NCBI GenBank assembly: GCA_976551045.1
Contig: CDPCPM010000164.1
Span: 3,286,001-3,350,000, forward strand
DNA length: 64,000 nucleotides
Reading direction: 5' to 3'
Origin: Glaucostegus cemiculus
Lineage: Eukaryota
Both the position numbers and the translations under genes were made by a program. Below the pieces are notes generated by a model. The model had not been told where the DNA came from. It ran no database searches and was given only the letters and a program-made list of their open reading frames with translations. Below are positions 25,259 to 39,214 of the stretch, piece by piece. Positions within the stretch are counted from its first letter, which is position 1. The number at the start of each line of letters is the position of its first letter.

Positions 25259-25660
25259 CTGATGCTGCCTGGTTTGGAGAGTATGGATTATGAGGGGAGA
25301 CTAAGGGAGCTAGGGCTTTTCTCTTTGGAGAGAAGGAGGATGAGGGGAGACATGATAGAGGTATACAAAATATTAAGAGGAAGAGATAGACAGCTAGTGC
25401 CTCTGTCCCAGGGCACCAATGCTCAATACAAGAGGGTATGGCTTTAAAGTAATGGGTGGGAAATTCAAGGGGGATATCAGAGGGAGGTTTTTTACCCAGA
25501 TCAGTTGGGGCATGGAATGTGCTGCCTGTGGTGGTGGTGGAGGCAGGTATGTTGGTCAAATTCAAGAGCTTGTTAGATAAGCATATGGAGGAATTTGATA
25601 TGGGGGAGGAAGGGGTTAGATAGACTTAGGCGAGGCTTAAAGGACAGCACAACATTGTAA
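25259..25660 (+). mobile_element. CR1 LINE 3' fragment
   Basis: MLPGLESMDYEGRLRELGLFSLERRRMRGDMIEVYKIL. Confidence 0.88.
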
Positions 25661-26049
25661 CAGCTGCATACGATCCTACCTGTAGCTTGTAAAAGATTAT
25701 TTTGTGAAGTAATGTTAATTGTTTTGGAATTTTAAGTGCTGATTACTCTACAATAAATTGAAATATTTCAGCAAGGGATAATGAGGAAGGATAAAAGACT
25801 GGGCAAATATCCTCAACACGCATTAAAATTGCAATGAGTTCTTCATGCAGAGCAGGACACTCACTCACTTTATTGCATGACAATTGCTTTTGCCAAAACA
25901 ATGCTAGATGTTGCAACTAATGCAATCAGTCGCTAGATCTATCATGGGAATTAATGGCCTTGTTTATTAAAGTTTCATTAGAACATCCGTCTTGCTTATC
26001 TCCTTTTGAGAAGTTGCTCCTGTGGGAGCCATGCAATTACTCCTCTGTT

Positions 26050-27560
26050 GGAAATGGAAATATCATTCAAGCTAACACTGGGAGAATGCTGTGTACCACG
26101 AGGTCAGCAGAAGAGCAAGGAGCTCTGTGGAAAAACAGTGAGAACGGGGAAACTATTTTAATGTGAGACTTCAATCAACCGAATGTAAACTGGGAAACCA
26201 AGTTGTTTAGAATGGGTAGATGTGGTCAAGGCTGCTTGCTGCAAGCAGGCCAAAAGAAACTCCACATGAGGCCCACAACAGATCTTGATCTATTTTTGTT
26301 AAGTAAAAGAACGAAAACATTTGCACCAAATGGAACTTTTAACACTATTCAAGTTCAGTAGTAGATGTCAACTGTGGCTCAATTGGCAGCACTCTTGTCT
26401 TTGAGTCAAAAGGTTGTGGCTTCAAGTCCTGCTCCAGAGAAAATTTTGACTGATGTTCGGTGCATTACCCAGTGAGTGGTGTAATGCCAGAGGTGCTGTT
26501 TGTTCGATGAGGTTAAACTGAGGGGTTATATGGTTGTAAAAGATCCCATTTTGCAGGGGGGTAGGTGAGATTTCCCTCAATAAGCTTACTGTGTATATTT
26601 TTTTAAAAAAGCACTAATTAGGAGAGCTTGCCAAGCATAAATTCCTATAGTATAACAATGACTACACTTCAGAAGTACTGCAAAATACTTTAGGGTATCT
26701 TGAGGATATACAAGATATACAAATGCAAGTGTTTCTTTTTAGAATGGGGGCCAGATTACCTTAAAAAGGCTAAAGAATCTGAGTAGATAACTAATAGGTT
26801 GGATAGGCATTCAATAACACTTGCATAGAAACAGAAGTGTGTGTGTGTGTAAGATAAATAAATTGCCAAACCAGCAAGCTCAGTCTAAATAAATTTGCCT
26901 ATAAATGGATTAACAGACAAATTAAAAGAGGAAATAAAGAATAAAAATGGTCTGTTTGGATCCAACTGGGGACATGGGCTCATTAGGATCACAAGTAATG
27001 TGGAGAGACATTAATAGGTAATCAGAACACCAAGAGACTCTCTTTAAAAATTGCCATACAACTGAGTCTACATCTAAGTGTGAAGATATTCCTTCAGTAC
27101 CTTGACAATAAAAATGCCTTCAGAGATGAGGTGAAAACCATTAAACGGTGTTCTATGAGAAAAGGCAGCTAATTAAATTTACAGCAGAGGGATTTGCAAT
27201 AAATCCTACCACTGTGTTTAAAAAAAAGTGGTTGAACTATGGGCACACATTAAAAGAATTCACGCACAAGCATCTTCCACTGCAGTTCTGAGTAAGTTAT
27301 CACTTGATCCAGAGGGACCGCTTAAGGAGAAAATGGGAGAAAGTCTCCTCTGATGGAGAAGATAACTCAGTACACAATATTGTTTCCATTTTACATAAAT
27401 GTCCTGGGTTTGAAAACTCAATGCATGGTCAAATTTACAGATCATTCCAGACCCAGTGTACAAATTAGACTTCAAGAGGCACTTCTGCAAGGAAATTATA
27501 GAAACGTTTGAGAAAGTTGGCATGAATATCATGGGTGAACCCATGGGAAGGACACGTGGT
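26050..27560 (+). mobile_element. Highly decayed CR1-like ORF2 remnant (endonuclease to RT region)
   Basis: Degenerate GDFNxPxxNW (gagacttcaatcaaccgaatgtaaactggg), LDL, KxPG and YLDFxKAF-like (tacaaattagacttcaagaggcac) motifs in the expected order. Confidence 0.45.
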
Positions 27561-28554
27561 CTTTCTGTTTGTTATTTGAATGGTGCTGGAATTAATGAAG
27601 TGAAGCTCAAAGACTTTAGTTCTCCAACTTGAGATAACTCCCTCTTCTTTGTGTTTGTACTGGGACAGGGCATTTTTGCCTGCCAGCCCCCTCTCTTCCT
27701 TCAGGTGAGACTTGAACCCCTAAAGACTTTCTGCCGCCTGAGCTGCATTATCGTGGGGAAAGAAGAGAATTGGGACCAAGGGAATGGAAGGCATCACTGC
27801 CAGTGATGGAGGCGAAAGAATTGGGAAGAGGTCAGAATTCAAGAATTTGCAGAGGATCTATATACTCTATAGCAGGATTAGCATGGGAACTGGAGTTGGT
27901 GGGAGGGGGAAGAGGGCAGGGGGCAACAGCGGAGGCCACCATGAATCCAGTACAGAATGATAAAGCCTTTATCATCTAAAGCCAGTGTAGGGCAGTGCCA
28001 CTCAGCAAGCATGGGGTCTTGGCATTAGTCAGGATATGGGCAGCATCTGTTTATAACCCACTTTGTTGCTAACATCAAGGCTTCATGGCTTTTTGATATG
28101 GTTTCTTACAGTGCATCCTCAAAGCTAATCCAAGTTTAAAAAAAAATAAAAGGGTTAACCGGAGCATGGAAGTGTCAGATGGGGTCCAGATGGTGGAGCA
28201 GGACAAAGGCCAGCAAGTTCAACAGGGAATAAACTGGTTTCAGAGTTGCAACTTGAGTACAGTAGCTAACTAATTGGAAAAATGGTCCCGAGATCTTTGA
28301 GGTAATAAATCCCTCAGTTGACTGCTGTTGGCAGGGGCCAAGGGTTGCTGCCAGCCGAAAGTACAAGGCCAGGATTGTTTAGTTGGGTTTGTGCATAAAC
28401 CTGGTCCAATGAAGTAAGGTTGTTGGATTCATCTGGGCCCAACTCTGTGAGGGTTCCGGCTGTGTCACATCTGGAGCCAGTGTTGGATAGGAATCCAGAT
28501 GTGAGCTGGAACTGGTGCAAAGCATCAACAAATATTGGAGCACAATAGTAAAAG

Positions 28555-28877
28555 GGAGAGACATAGGGCCATACAGCATGGAAACAAGTTCATTCTGACC
28601 ATGAACCATTCATTTACACTAATCCTACACTAATCCCATTTTATTCTCCCCATATTCCCATCAACTTCTCCCACAGATTCTACCACTCAACCTATATACT
28701 AGGGGCAATTTACAGTGGCCAATGAATTTACCAGCCCGCACTTCTTTGGGATGTGGGAGGAAACTGGAGCATCCGGGGGGAAACCCACACGGTCACAGGG
28801 AGAACGTGCCAACTCTACACACACAGCACCAGAGGTCAGGATCGAACCCAGGTCACTGGAGCTATGAGGCAGCAACT
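28555..28877 (-). mobile_element. HE1-type V-SINE with CR1/HER1 tail; other copies at about 170-330(-), 34270-34600(-), 35825-36150(+), 41200-41430(+), 42125-42350(-), 47480-47815(+), 54975-55450(+)
   Basis: tRNA-like head (gctgcctcatagctccagtgacctgggttcgatcc), V-domain (gtgtgtagagttggcacgttctccctgtgaccgtgtgggtttcc...ccagtttcctcccacatcccaaag), tail ttgtttccatgctgtatg. Confidence 0.85.
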
Positions 28878-29694
28878 TTACTAGGAAAGAAAGTGATGTC
28901 AAAGCGTTGGTGGATAATGATGCAGAGATGCTTATGTTTGTTGTGGGTCTGACGGGTGATAGAAATTGCAAAATAGTGTGAGCATGTGGGAGTGAATGTC
29001 ACTGGGGAATATCCCAGCTGTGTAAAGGTTACATAGCAGGTCTGTCTGTGACCCTCCCCTCCACACCTCTGACAACACTGTTTTCCTGAACCAATCACCT
29101 CTTCCATCTCCCCTTCCTGATGGTGCTGCCACGTTCTCAGATTCTTAACTTTACCTCTCTCGGTTATTCCATTATTGTCACTGTAGCGTTTCTTTTTGCA
29201 CTACTTCAGATTGCACTAGAATCTATGCACCATTCTGTTGTTCTGTGCGGGTTGCTGGATTTATGCTGTATACTGCCTACCCATGAGTTTCACACGAACA
29301 AGGAATTTCATTGCTTCCTGGTGTGTATAGGGCAATAAACTGATCTGGATCTGGATTCCTGCCTCTTGCCCACTCCCAACTTCCTTCACTCCACCATTGG
29401 CTGCCTTGCCTTCCCCTGGCTGGGCCCTGAGCTCTGGACTTCCCTCGCAAATCCATTCCAATCTCTCATGTTAACACCAGCCCCTAGTCTAGTCATTTAA
29501 CCACAGTCTTCTCCTTTTGCTTCATCGCCATTTTGGGTCTCCTGTAAATTGGTTCTTCAGTTTTACTGCAGTCCAAGTCGTTCCCCTGGGAGTATATGGG
29601 CAGTAAAACCATGCCCCAAACCATTGTGCCAGTTGAAGTAAGGGTATGCCCCAAATTCAGGTATTGCTTCGTTTACCTCACACCACTGCTGCAA

Positions 29695-31050
29695 GTAAGG
29701 TCGAGTTTATTGCCAAATGTACGTACGTGTTTGCACAGGTGCAATGAAAATCTTGCTTGCAGCAGCAGAACAGGCACGTAGCATTAGAGACACAACATTC
29801 AAAAGAAAAACATAAATTAAGCATTAAGTTATACAGTATTATCCAAGAAAGAACTCAATTAGAACAAAAAACCAGAGTCCATTATCGTGCATAAGTGGTC
29901 ATTATGTTGTAATACTGAGGTCGTGATTGGGGTTGTGCCGGTTGGTTCAAGAAGATAAGATATTTTTATTAGTCACATGTACATCAAAACACATAGTGAA
30001 ATGCATCTCTTGCGTAGAGTGTTCTGGGGGCAGCCCACAAGTGTCACCACGCTTCCGGTGCCAACATAGCATACCCATAGCTCCTAACCCATACATCTTT
30101 GGAATGTGGGAGGAAACCAGAGCACCCGGAGGAAACCCATGCAGTCACAGGGAGAATGTACAAACTCCTTACAGTCAGCGGCCGGAATTGAACCCGGGTC
30201 GCCAGCACTGTAATAGCGTTACACTAACCGCTGCACTATCGTGCCTGCCCACTCACAATTTTATCAAATTGGTTGAAGGGAAGTAGCTGTTCCTGAACCT
30301 GATGATATGGGACGTCAGGCTTCTGTACCGCCTGCCCAATAGTATCTGCGAGAAGATGGCATGGCTTGAAAGGTGAATGAAATGTAATCTAATTGTTTGC
30401 AAGGTAGTTGACACTGAAGAATCAGAGTCAGGTTTATTGTCACTGACATACATCGCGAAATTTGTTTTGCAGCAGCAGTATAGTGCAAGACATAAGTTAC
30501 AAAAATAAATAAATAGTGCAAAGATAGTGTTCATGGACCATACAGAAATCTGATGGTGGAGGGGAAGAAGCTGTTTCTGAAACATTGAGTGTGGGTCTTC
30601 AGGCTCCTGTACCTCCTCCCTTATGGTAGTAACAAGAGGGCATGTCCCGGATGGTGAGGGTCCTTAATGATGGATGGTGCCTTCTTGAGGCACAGGCTCT
30701 TGAAGTTGTCCTTGCTGGCAGGGAGGGTTGTGCCTGTGATGGAGCTGGCTGAGTCTACAACGCTGTGCAGCCCTTTTCGTTCCTGTGCATTGGAGCCTCC
30801 ATACCAGGCAGTGATGCAACTAGTCAGAATGCTCTCCACCGTACATCTGTAGAAATTTGCCAGAGTCTTAGGTGACATACCAAATCTCCTCAACCTCCCG
30901 ATGAAGTAGAGCCACTGGCATGCCGCCTTTGTGATTGCATCAATGTGTTGGGCCTGAGATGGATCCTCTGAGATGTTGATGCCTAGGAACTTGAAGCTGC
31001 TCACCTTTTCCACAGCTGATCCCTCAGTGAAGACTTGTGTATGTTCTCCC
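29695..31050 (-). mobile_element. Cluster of Rex1/Babar-type 3' fragments (two subfamilies) with an inserted V-SINE
   Basis: FKFLGINISED...LRRFGMSPKTLANFYRCTVESILTSCITAWYG; GRRYRSLTSHIIRFRNSYFP. Confidence 0.85.
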
Positions 31051-31747
31051 GACCTGGTGCTGGCAAATTCTATTCAAGCTCATTCACGGGCAGCAGGTCG
31101 AAAAGTGATTACCTTTTTGCTTGTGGGCCCATTATCAGAGCAGTCACAATCTCAGTGGCCTCCAGAGTGTGCATGACTGTGGCAAAGGCTCTGTTTAGCT
31201 CCATAGCAGAGTGACAAGGCTAGGAAAGGGACCATAACAACAAGACCCCTGTCCATGCCCCACTGTATATTTAATGTGGGCTTCACAGTGGTGAATTATC
31301 TGTTAAATTCTGATCACAGACTGCTGAATGTGACAGGATATTGATTGGAACCACTAGCTAGCCAGGCCGGATAACAAGTGGATGTGCTGAACTCGTCCCG
31401 AGGTTCTCCAGTGAATTCAGAAAATGAAAGGAAGATGTAAAGTTAAGGAGATTCAGCAGGGTAGCTGGAGAGAAACCTTACCTTGAAAAGGTCAGGGAAT
31501 AGAGAGCATGGATAAGAATCTTAAAATTTGAGCCAACGTAGAGTCACGGAATCAAGCAGCAGGGAAACAGGCCCTTTGGCCCACTGAGTCCATGCTGACC
31601 ATGAACCAGCTATTTACACTAATGCTGCTTTAATTCAATTTTTTTTATTATCTCTACATTCTCATCAACTCCCTCCAGATTCTACCATTCACCTGCCCAC
31701 TAGAAGCAATTTACAGTGGCTGAGTAACCTACCAACCCTCGCATGAG

Positions 31748-32045
31748 GTGCGCATGGTAGTCTAGCGGTTAGCATAATGCTATTACAGCGCCAGCGACCC
31801 GGGTTCAATTCCTGCCGCTGTCTGTAAGGAGTTTGTACATTCTCCCTATGTCTGTGTAGGTTTCCTCCAGGTGCCCTGGTTTCCTCCCACATTCCAAAGA
31901 CTTACGGGTTAGGAAGTTGTGGGCATGCTACATTGGCACCGGAAGCATGGCGACACTTGCGGGCTGCTCACAGAACACTCTATGCAAAAGATGTATTTCA
32001 CTGTGTGTTTCAATGTACATGTGACTAATAAAGATATATTATCTT
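31748..32045 (+). mobile_element. V-SINE with Rex/Babar-like tail, inserted into an HE1 copy; other copies at about 1-157(-), 15750-16035(-), 23797-24075(+), 29953-30248(-), 44840-45127(-), 46365-46635(+)
   Basis: Head ggtagtctagcggttagcataatgctattacagcgccagcgacccgggttcaattcc, V-domain, then ggttaggaagttgtgggcatgct...tttcactgtgtgtttcaatgtacatgtgactaataaagata. Confidence 0.85.
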
Positions 32046-35000
32046 TGGAATGTGGGAGGAAACCAGAGCACCCGGATGAAACCCACGCAGCCACAGGGAG
32101 AATGTGCAAACTCCACACAGGCAGCACCCGAGGTCAGGATTGAAACTGGGTTTGTGGTGTTTGGGAGTATTTATTTAGTCATAGGCATGGACATCACTGG
32201 TGATTAATGTCTGTTCCTAACTGCCCCTGGATGGATTGATCAGATTTGAACCAGAGTCTTTCCTGTTCCCTGATTTTATTGTAGAAGGGCATCACACCCC
32301 CAACTAAACAAAGATTAGGAATATTAGGAAGGAATGGTCGGAAAATCCCAAGCTTGGGCTAAGTTTACAATTGTAGGTGAGAGTGAATTCTGATTAGCTG
32401 AAGGAGCATTGTTCTCCTGGGTGTAAAAGGTAGGATTGCCATGGGATTGACCTGGATTCTTCCGGAATTACTGGACACCACCTCCAGGAACTAAAGATTA
32501 ATCTCCCAGCCACTGCCACAGGGAACACAAAGGACATAAAATTATAGGAACAGTACATTTTGTCCCACTGAATACTTTCTTTCATATGTTGTATAAAATT
32601 ATTGGAGAAGGGAGAGGAATAAAAATTCTCTTTGAATAGGAAGCATCTAATGAACTATTTGGAAATAGATCCAGCAATGGGAATGCAGGATTAAGAAGCT
32701 GGGAAAGTTAGCTGTACACTAGGACAAACAATACACAGCATAATTCCAGTGCCTTGAGCAACTGTATAATTGGAGAGGCTGCTCTTGTTACTGTAATCTG
32801 TGCCCTCCCCCCCCCCACCCCCATCCCATAACACAATTCCAAAAGCTAGCATTCCCATTTTTTTAGTGTGAATTAGTGGAAATTTCCTCTCTAAACACTG
32901 TGACTTGGTGTCTCAGTTGCAAAGCACTCAATTCTCATCAGGGTATTAGTTAATTTGTTCCCTTAATTCAATTTTCTTGGAAGTATTGGTTGGTGTCCAG
33001 CATTGTAAGCCAAGAATTAGGTGCAGCCCTTTGTAAAGGATCACTCTCAGTGTTGTTAAGATTTAAAACCCACTTGCTTCTTCTGCTTTAGCCCCTCTTT
33101 CCATACCAGGGAAGTATGAGCACAGGTCATGCACCCACAATGCCTACACCAGTCCATCAACCCCAGTAAGCCACGTCCGATGCACCAATGCTGTCACACA
33201 CCATCCCCAGCACAATGCGTGAGGGAATGCACAGTGCAGTCTTTTCACTGTATGAAGCACCAGTGACACTGAGGGAACTTTCAAACTAGCTTGATTTCTT
33301 CTGTTCTACAAGAGTTGCCTGCAGTGGCCACTCCTGCAAATACTGATCCATTCCCTACGATCTCTTCCCACACTTCCGAGAGACCATGCCACCCATCCCA
33401 AGGACAGGCTGCCTTTGCAGGAAGTCCTGCATTAACGAGCAGTCAAATGCAGAAGTTCAAAAATCAGCTGACAGATGAAAAGAAACACAAGGCACAGAAG
33501 GGTCCATTCAACCCATCGTGTCTGGACAAGCCCTTTTTCAAGGGCTGTCTGGTTGGTGGAACTCCCCAACATGGTCTCCACTGCTCTCAATCTCTTTCCC
33601 TTTTCAATTACTTGCCAATTTCGAGAGTTTCCGTCAAATCCGCTTCCACTGCTCGCCTTGGATGACCACCTGGTCCAAAAGTATGTGGCTTCCAGTAAAC
33701 CAGCCTGAAGCTGCCTGGAATTTCATTAGTGGGGTGTCTCCTGAGATAGTAGAATGGATTGGTGCAGAAAAGTCCTTACCCTTTCTCCCCACTCCCCTCA
33801 GTGCAGAGGTCAGAGAAGCTTAGGTATGACCTCATCCCTAGCTGGTCAGTTAGGAGCTAACACCATATAAGCCAGTCTCCCTTCTCTCCCAACCACTAAA
33901 CAATCTACAGTATAGGAGTAAGAGTCGGGTCTCCAACCTCCAGGGACTGACCCAGCTATCAATTAAATCATGGCTGATCTGTATCTTAATCCAGCCATCA
34001 TTTGATATATCCTTTAACCAGCACCTGAAATTAATTGCTGTCAACTCCAGTTTCTGTACTTTCAGTTGATTTTCAGTTACAACTTTTTGGGAGACAGATT
34101 TCAAGATTGTACAAGTTTCCAAACACGTTAGGAAGTTGTGGGCATACTGTGTTGGTGTCGAAAGCATAGCAACACTTGTGGGCTGCCCCCCAAAAATCAC
34201 TATGCAAAAGATGTGTTTCACTGTGTGTTTCAATGTACATGTGACTAATAAAGATCTTATAACATGGAAGGAGAGGCCATTTGCCCCATCAAGTCTATTG
34301 CCAGCTCTCAGAGCATTCCCATCAGTCCCTTTCCCCCACTTATTTCCTTGTAACCTATTCTCTCCCACCCGCCCATCAATTCCCCCCTGATCCTCCAACT
34401 ACCCACCTATACCAGGAGTAATTTACAGCACCCAATCCATCCACCAACTCCCACGTCTTGGATACATGGGGGAAACAGGAGCACCTGGGAGAAACCCGCA
34501 CAGTCAGAGGGACAACGTGAAAACTCCACGCAGAGAGCGCCCGAGGTCAGGATGGAACCCGGGTCGCTGGCACTGTGAGGGAGTAGCACTACCTGCTGAA
34601 CCACATGGGAATTTAACAACGTTTGTGGTATGGCTTTCTCCATTACAACAGCACCAATGGTTTTAAATTGCTCCCTTGCATTTTGGGGCATCCTTACATC
34701 ATGAAGATGGTTGAAGGAATAATAGTCTTCTAGTAGAGATGAGGAAGTGTTTGACAGGGGTAAACTGTCAAGATAACAGGCCCATTGCACTGTACTTTGA
34801 ATCTCAGTCCCCAGGCTTCCTTATAGTCAGACTGTTTACAGCTTTATATTTAATTGGTAGATTATATGTCATGCTGGTAATATTTGTGACTTGAGTAGAA
34901 GTAGTGGGGAGTAATGAGCACTGTCCCTTTAAATTAATCATGAAGGATTTATTTTGAGAGTCTTGTGTTCTTCTCTCTTTCAGATAGAATGTCAGCAGCT

Positions 35001-37724
35001 TGGGTTTCATTAGTGATTCAGTGCAGTGAGCATACTGGAGTGTGCTGGTATCTTGCACTGGCATTGTTATTCTGAGATAGTTGAATGCAGAGGTGAAAAT
35101 TAAAATACATTGCCTTGTCTCCCCTCTTCCCTTGATCAGGAAGTTCACTGAAACAGCCATTGGCCTTGACTAACACTTGGTAATAGCTCATTTGACCTGG
35201 TTACCAAGCTCCAAGTGACACATGCCGATGAAAGCAGGCTGAAGATCGAGTAAAACATAGACCATACTGTGCTGCGAGGGACTAAGCAAACACAGCTAGC
35301 ATTGAGTAACTTGTTCCACCTGGCTTGGGGCGGAAGTCTCTAGATGTGGGCCAGTTGGACGAGCCCAAGGAATGTGGTAGCAAACCGCCGCCTTGAACTG
35401 AGGGTGCTCCCACAGTTCCATTAAAAGTTGCAGAGTTTTTGACCTGGCTCCCACTGTGTTGCCTTTAACATTCTTATGAGAGGAAGTGTTAATAAATTAG
35501 TTATCGGACTGGCTTGTAACTGCTAGCCTGTGACCATGTCTGTGTCTAGGTTTCTTCTGACGGAGCCAGGGTCGGATAGTTGACTGCAGAGATGATGCTT
35601 ACTATCCAGCCACACACATGCCAAGTGGACGTTTGATCTAAATGCACATCGTTGGTAGCAGTGACTTTTGATCTAGAGGGCATAGGTTTAGGGAAGGGGT
35701 AAGAGGTTTTGAGGGGATGTAAGGAGTTTTTTTTTCATCCAGAAGATGGTCAGAAACTGGAATGTACTTCCCGAGGGGGTGGTGGAGGCAGGTACTCTCA
35801 CAATGTTTAAAAATATCTAGGCGGCCAGCACAATGGTGCAGTGCGTAGAGCTGCTGCCTCACAGTGCCAGAGACCCAGGTTCAATCCTGACCTCAGGACC
35901 TGTCTGTGTGGAGTTTGCACGTTCTCCCTGCGAATCTCCCCCCCCCCCCCCCCCCATATCCCAAAGATGTGCAGATTGGCAGGTTAATTGGTAGGTAAAT
36001 TGCCCCAATTGTGTAGGTAAGTGGGGGAAGTTGATGAGGCCGTCAAAAGAATTTAAGAAATGGGATTAATGTAGGGTGAATGTAAATGGGTGGTAGATGA
36101 TTGGCATGTACCTGAGAGGCAGAAGAGCCTGTTTCCTTGCTGTATGACCCTATGATTCATGACGAACATTTGAATTGCCAAGACATTGAAGCCTATGGAC
36201 AAAGTGCCGGTAAATGAGAACCGTATAGATGGGTTCTTGATGATCAGTATAGACACGGAGGGGCCAAAGGACTCGTTTCCCTGCTCTACATCTCCACCGG
36301 TCTACAACTGATCTCTGCTTCCATTGGCTTCAGTGGAACTGAATGTTGGAGGCAGCCGCAGTGTAGGAGACTGAGGACCGATTCCCTCCCTGAAGTCTTT
36401 GTGACTGTTAGCACATGGATGATGACTGTAACATGAGTCACCTCCCTAATTTGAGAAAGGGAAACCTGGTGGTGAAGGATGAAGGGAGACGGTCTGGGAA
36501 GAATCAACCACTCTATACAAATCTGTCCAGCAACCATCAGATGTGTGGAATGAACAGAAGGCTGACTTTGGACAACAATAATGAGCATCCATTGGAACAT
36601 AGCCAAAGTGAAGGCAAAACTCCGGGAACATCAGACAGCATGTGCACATGGAGAAGGAGATTTACTGGTGTGCTGGCATTTCAGGGTTGGCAGATGTTGT
36701 CAATGCACACTGGATTGGGCAGGATGGGGGCAGGATACACTGGGAGTGGCGATGGCTAAAGGTGACAGAGGATGAGAGTGGGCAAGGATGGAAAGTGAAG
36801 GTGTTTCTGGAGGAGGTGAGTGTGGTTACGGCAAATAGGAGGGTATCTGGTAAATTGATGGAACAGAGGTATGTGACTGGAGGTGATCCTCACCTACAAG
36901 CCCATGCACTTCCTTGAGCCCACGGCCAGCAGCAGCTGGCACCCCAGCTTGTCCTAGTCTCTAGTAGGCACTCTGTCTCCATGCCAACCACCACATCCAC
37001 CCCCCACCCCCAGCTCAGTGGGCACCCACTCTTATATCCACCTGCACCCTGCCCTCACTCCTGATGGGAAGCTGTGTCCCTTCCTCTATCCTGTGGCTCT
37101 TCCGCAGCCTTGCTAAGCTGTCATTCAAAGAGGAGTATGATGCCTAGTGCTTCCTAAAATTTATCTACAATCCAACGGTTGTAAGAAGCCAGCTTTCCTG
37201 TAAGAGCAAACTTTGAAACGTGAAGGAGTGATTGATGACTTCATTCTGCCTCGGACTACGTGAAGTGTCAAGCCAGAATGCTTTGAAATGCCTGATAATG
37301 AGGAGCATTGAGAGTCAGGGAGCTCGTTATTCAGGAACAGACTGCAATCAATACAGTTTTCAACAGCACCAGTGCATTTTCCCAAGTGGCTGCCTCATGT
37401 GACTTTAGGACCAGACAGTGTTGTGTAACGGTTCTATAAGTGGCACTGGCTTCTTCCTAAAGCCTACTTCGTGGTGACAGCAATTCAAAGGTTGTGACCC
37501 TCCCCTACCTCTTCACCATTCTCCTTGAAGTGGCCCCCACCATCTGACCCAGAATCTTACTGAGAAGGACAGATTGTTAAATGGCTGAAGCAGAGCAAGT
37601 TGTTCTTGCAGTGTGAGAGAGATTTTCTGTGGATCAAAGCGAGTTTAATGGATTCAGTGTACCAGACACGTGCCAAATGGCTCATGCAACACAGTGTTGG
37701 TCACTCTGTTAGACGAAAGACATT

Positions 37725-38025
37725 AAGCTGAAAAGAGTGCAAAGAAGATTTACGAGGATTCAAGGACCTAAGTTATAGGGAGAAGTTGGGTAGGCTAGGA
37801 CTTAATTCTGTGGAGCGTAGGATACTGAGGGGTGACCTTGTAGAGGCATATAAAATCATGAGGGGTATAGATAGGGTGAATGCAGACAGTCTTTTTCCTA
37901 GGGTTGGGGAATCAAAAACTAGAGGGCATAGGTTAAAGGTGAGAGGGGAAAGATTCAAAACTGACCCAAGAGGCAACTTCTACACACAGAGGTTGGTGTG
38001 CATTTGGTTTCCATGCTGTATGATT
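37725..38025 (+). mobile_element. CR1 LINE 3' fragment
   Basis: LRGDLVEAYKIMRGIDRV...KTRGHRLKVRGERF. Confidence 0.85.
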
Positions 38026-39214
38026 CTAAACATTTGTTGCTATGGTAATATTCACCAGGAGGATTATTATCAGAGTGTTGCACTGTCACAGGAGCTGCCT
38101 TTCAGATCAGTGCTCTGCTGAGGTATACAGTTAAAACCTGCCCCGGTCAGCCAGTCCTAACCAGAACTGAGCCTAAGAACCTTTTTTGATACCCAAACCT
38201 GACACATCTAGCCAAGTCCCATCAGGCTTGGGGTGGGTAGCCAGTTACTATTTTGCAGGTGAAGTCAAACTAAGCACCCAGGTAGGTCTGAAAGATCCTA
38301 TGGCTTTGTTTTGACAAGGAGAAGGGCTCCTAGGGTCATTATTTATCTCTGAATCATCGCCACCCAAAATTAACTTGATGTTATCATATTGCTTTCTGTG
38401 GGAACTTGCTCTGTTATTGCTTTTCCCTTTGTACTGCCTCGATATCCTGATGTTGTGAAATGATCTGTATGGAGAGCATGCAAAGCAATGTTTTTCACTG
38501 TACCTCAGTACATATGACAATAATAAACCAATTTCCTCTATTACGACGTCACTTCCACACCTCCCCTCCGCTCCATCCATCCCTGGTAACTGTGAACATA
38601 TACACTGTGGCAGATATCAGCAGTCCTCCTGCCCCTTGCGTCCCGTACAATTTGTGATACCTTGTCCATCACGATATATCCTGTCCGCACCCCGTCCATG
38701 TGATCTGCTGCAAACGTTATGGGCCAGACATAAAATCCCAAGCCAATTTGGAAGAGGAAAATTTGGGCTCTTCCCCCCCTCCAAGTGATTGGAGCCAGAC
38801 CAAGCGGTTGTTCTGCCCCGAGTTTCCTCTGCCTCCCTTATGTGTGGGGTGGTATCTGACCCACCACTAAACAAGTCGAGCTCTCACCTGAAGGGACATT
38901 GTGAACGGGGCAGCTCCTGTTCTGAATGAACCCTCAGACTGACATCATTCAAACTAAAATTGTGCCCCTGGTTCCCTCAACTTCCATTTAAACCAAAGCA
39001 AACAGTCATTTGGAATATCTTCTAAATGTCAATTGAATCATTCTGCTCTGCACACTCATTAAACGAGTCCATGCTGTGGTCCTTGCTTTTCCAATTTACC
39101 TTGATGGTTCAAACAAATTAGTTTTGATTAAGATTAGTGGACCAATAATCATGTCTTTTATTTCAAAGAAAGTAGGTTCAGGAGTCTATTTACACAGAAT
39201 GTTCATTGGCGAGC

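Noticed and set aside
31748-31815. tRNA genes (A/B-box-like heads at many sites)
   Set aside because: They are SINE heads continuing into the V- or Deu-domain and do not form complete cloverleafs.
36286-37130. Cluster of 60-114 aa ORFs, possibly an exon or transposon remnant
   Set aside because: No recognisable domain or consistent splice sites; may be a decayed DNA transposon, but I cannot support a call.
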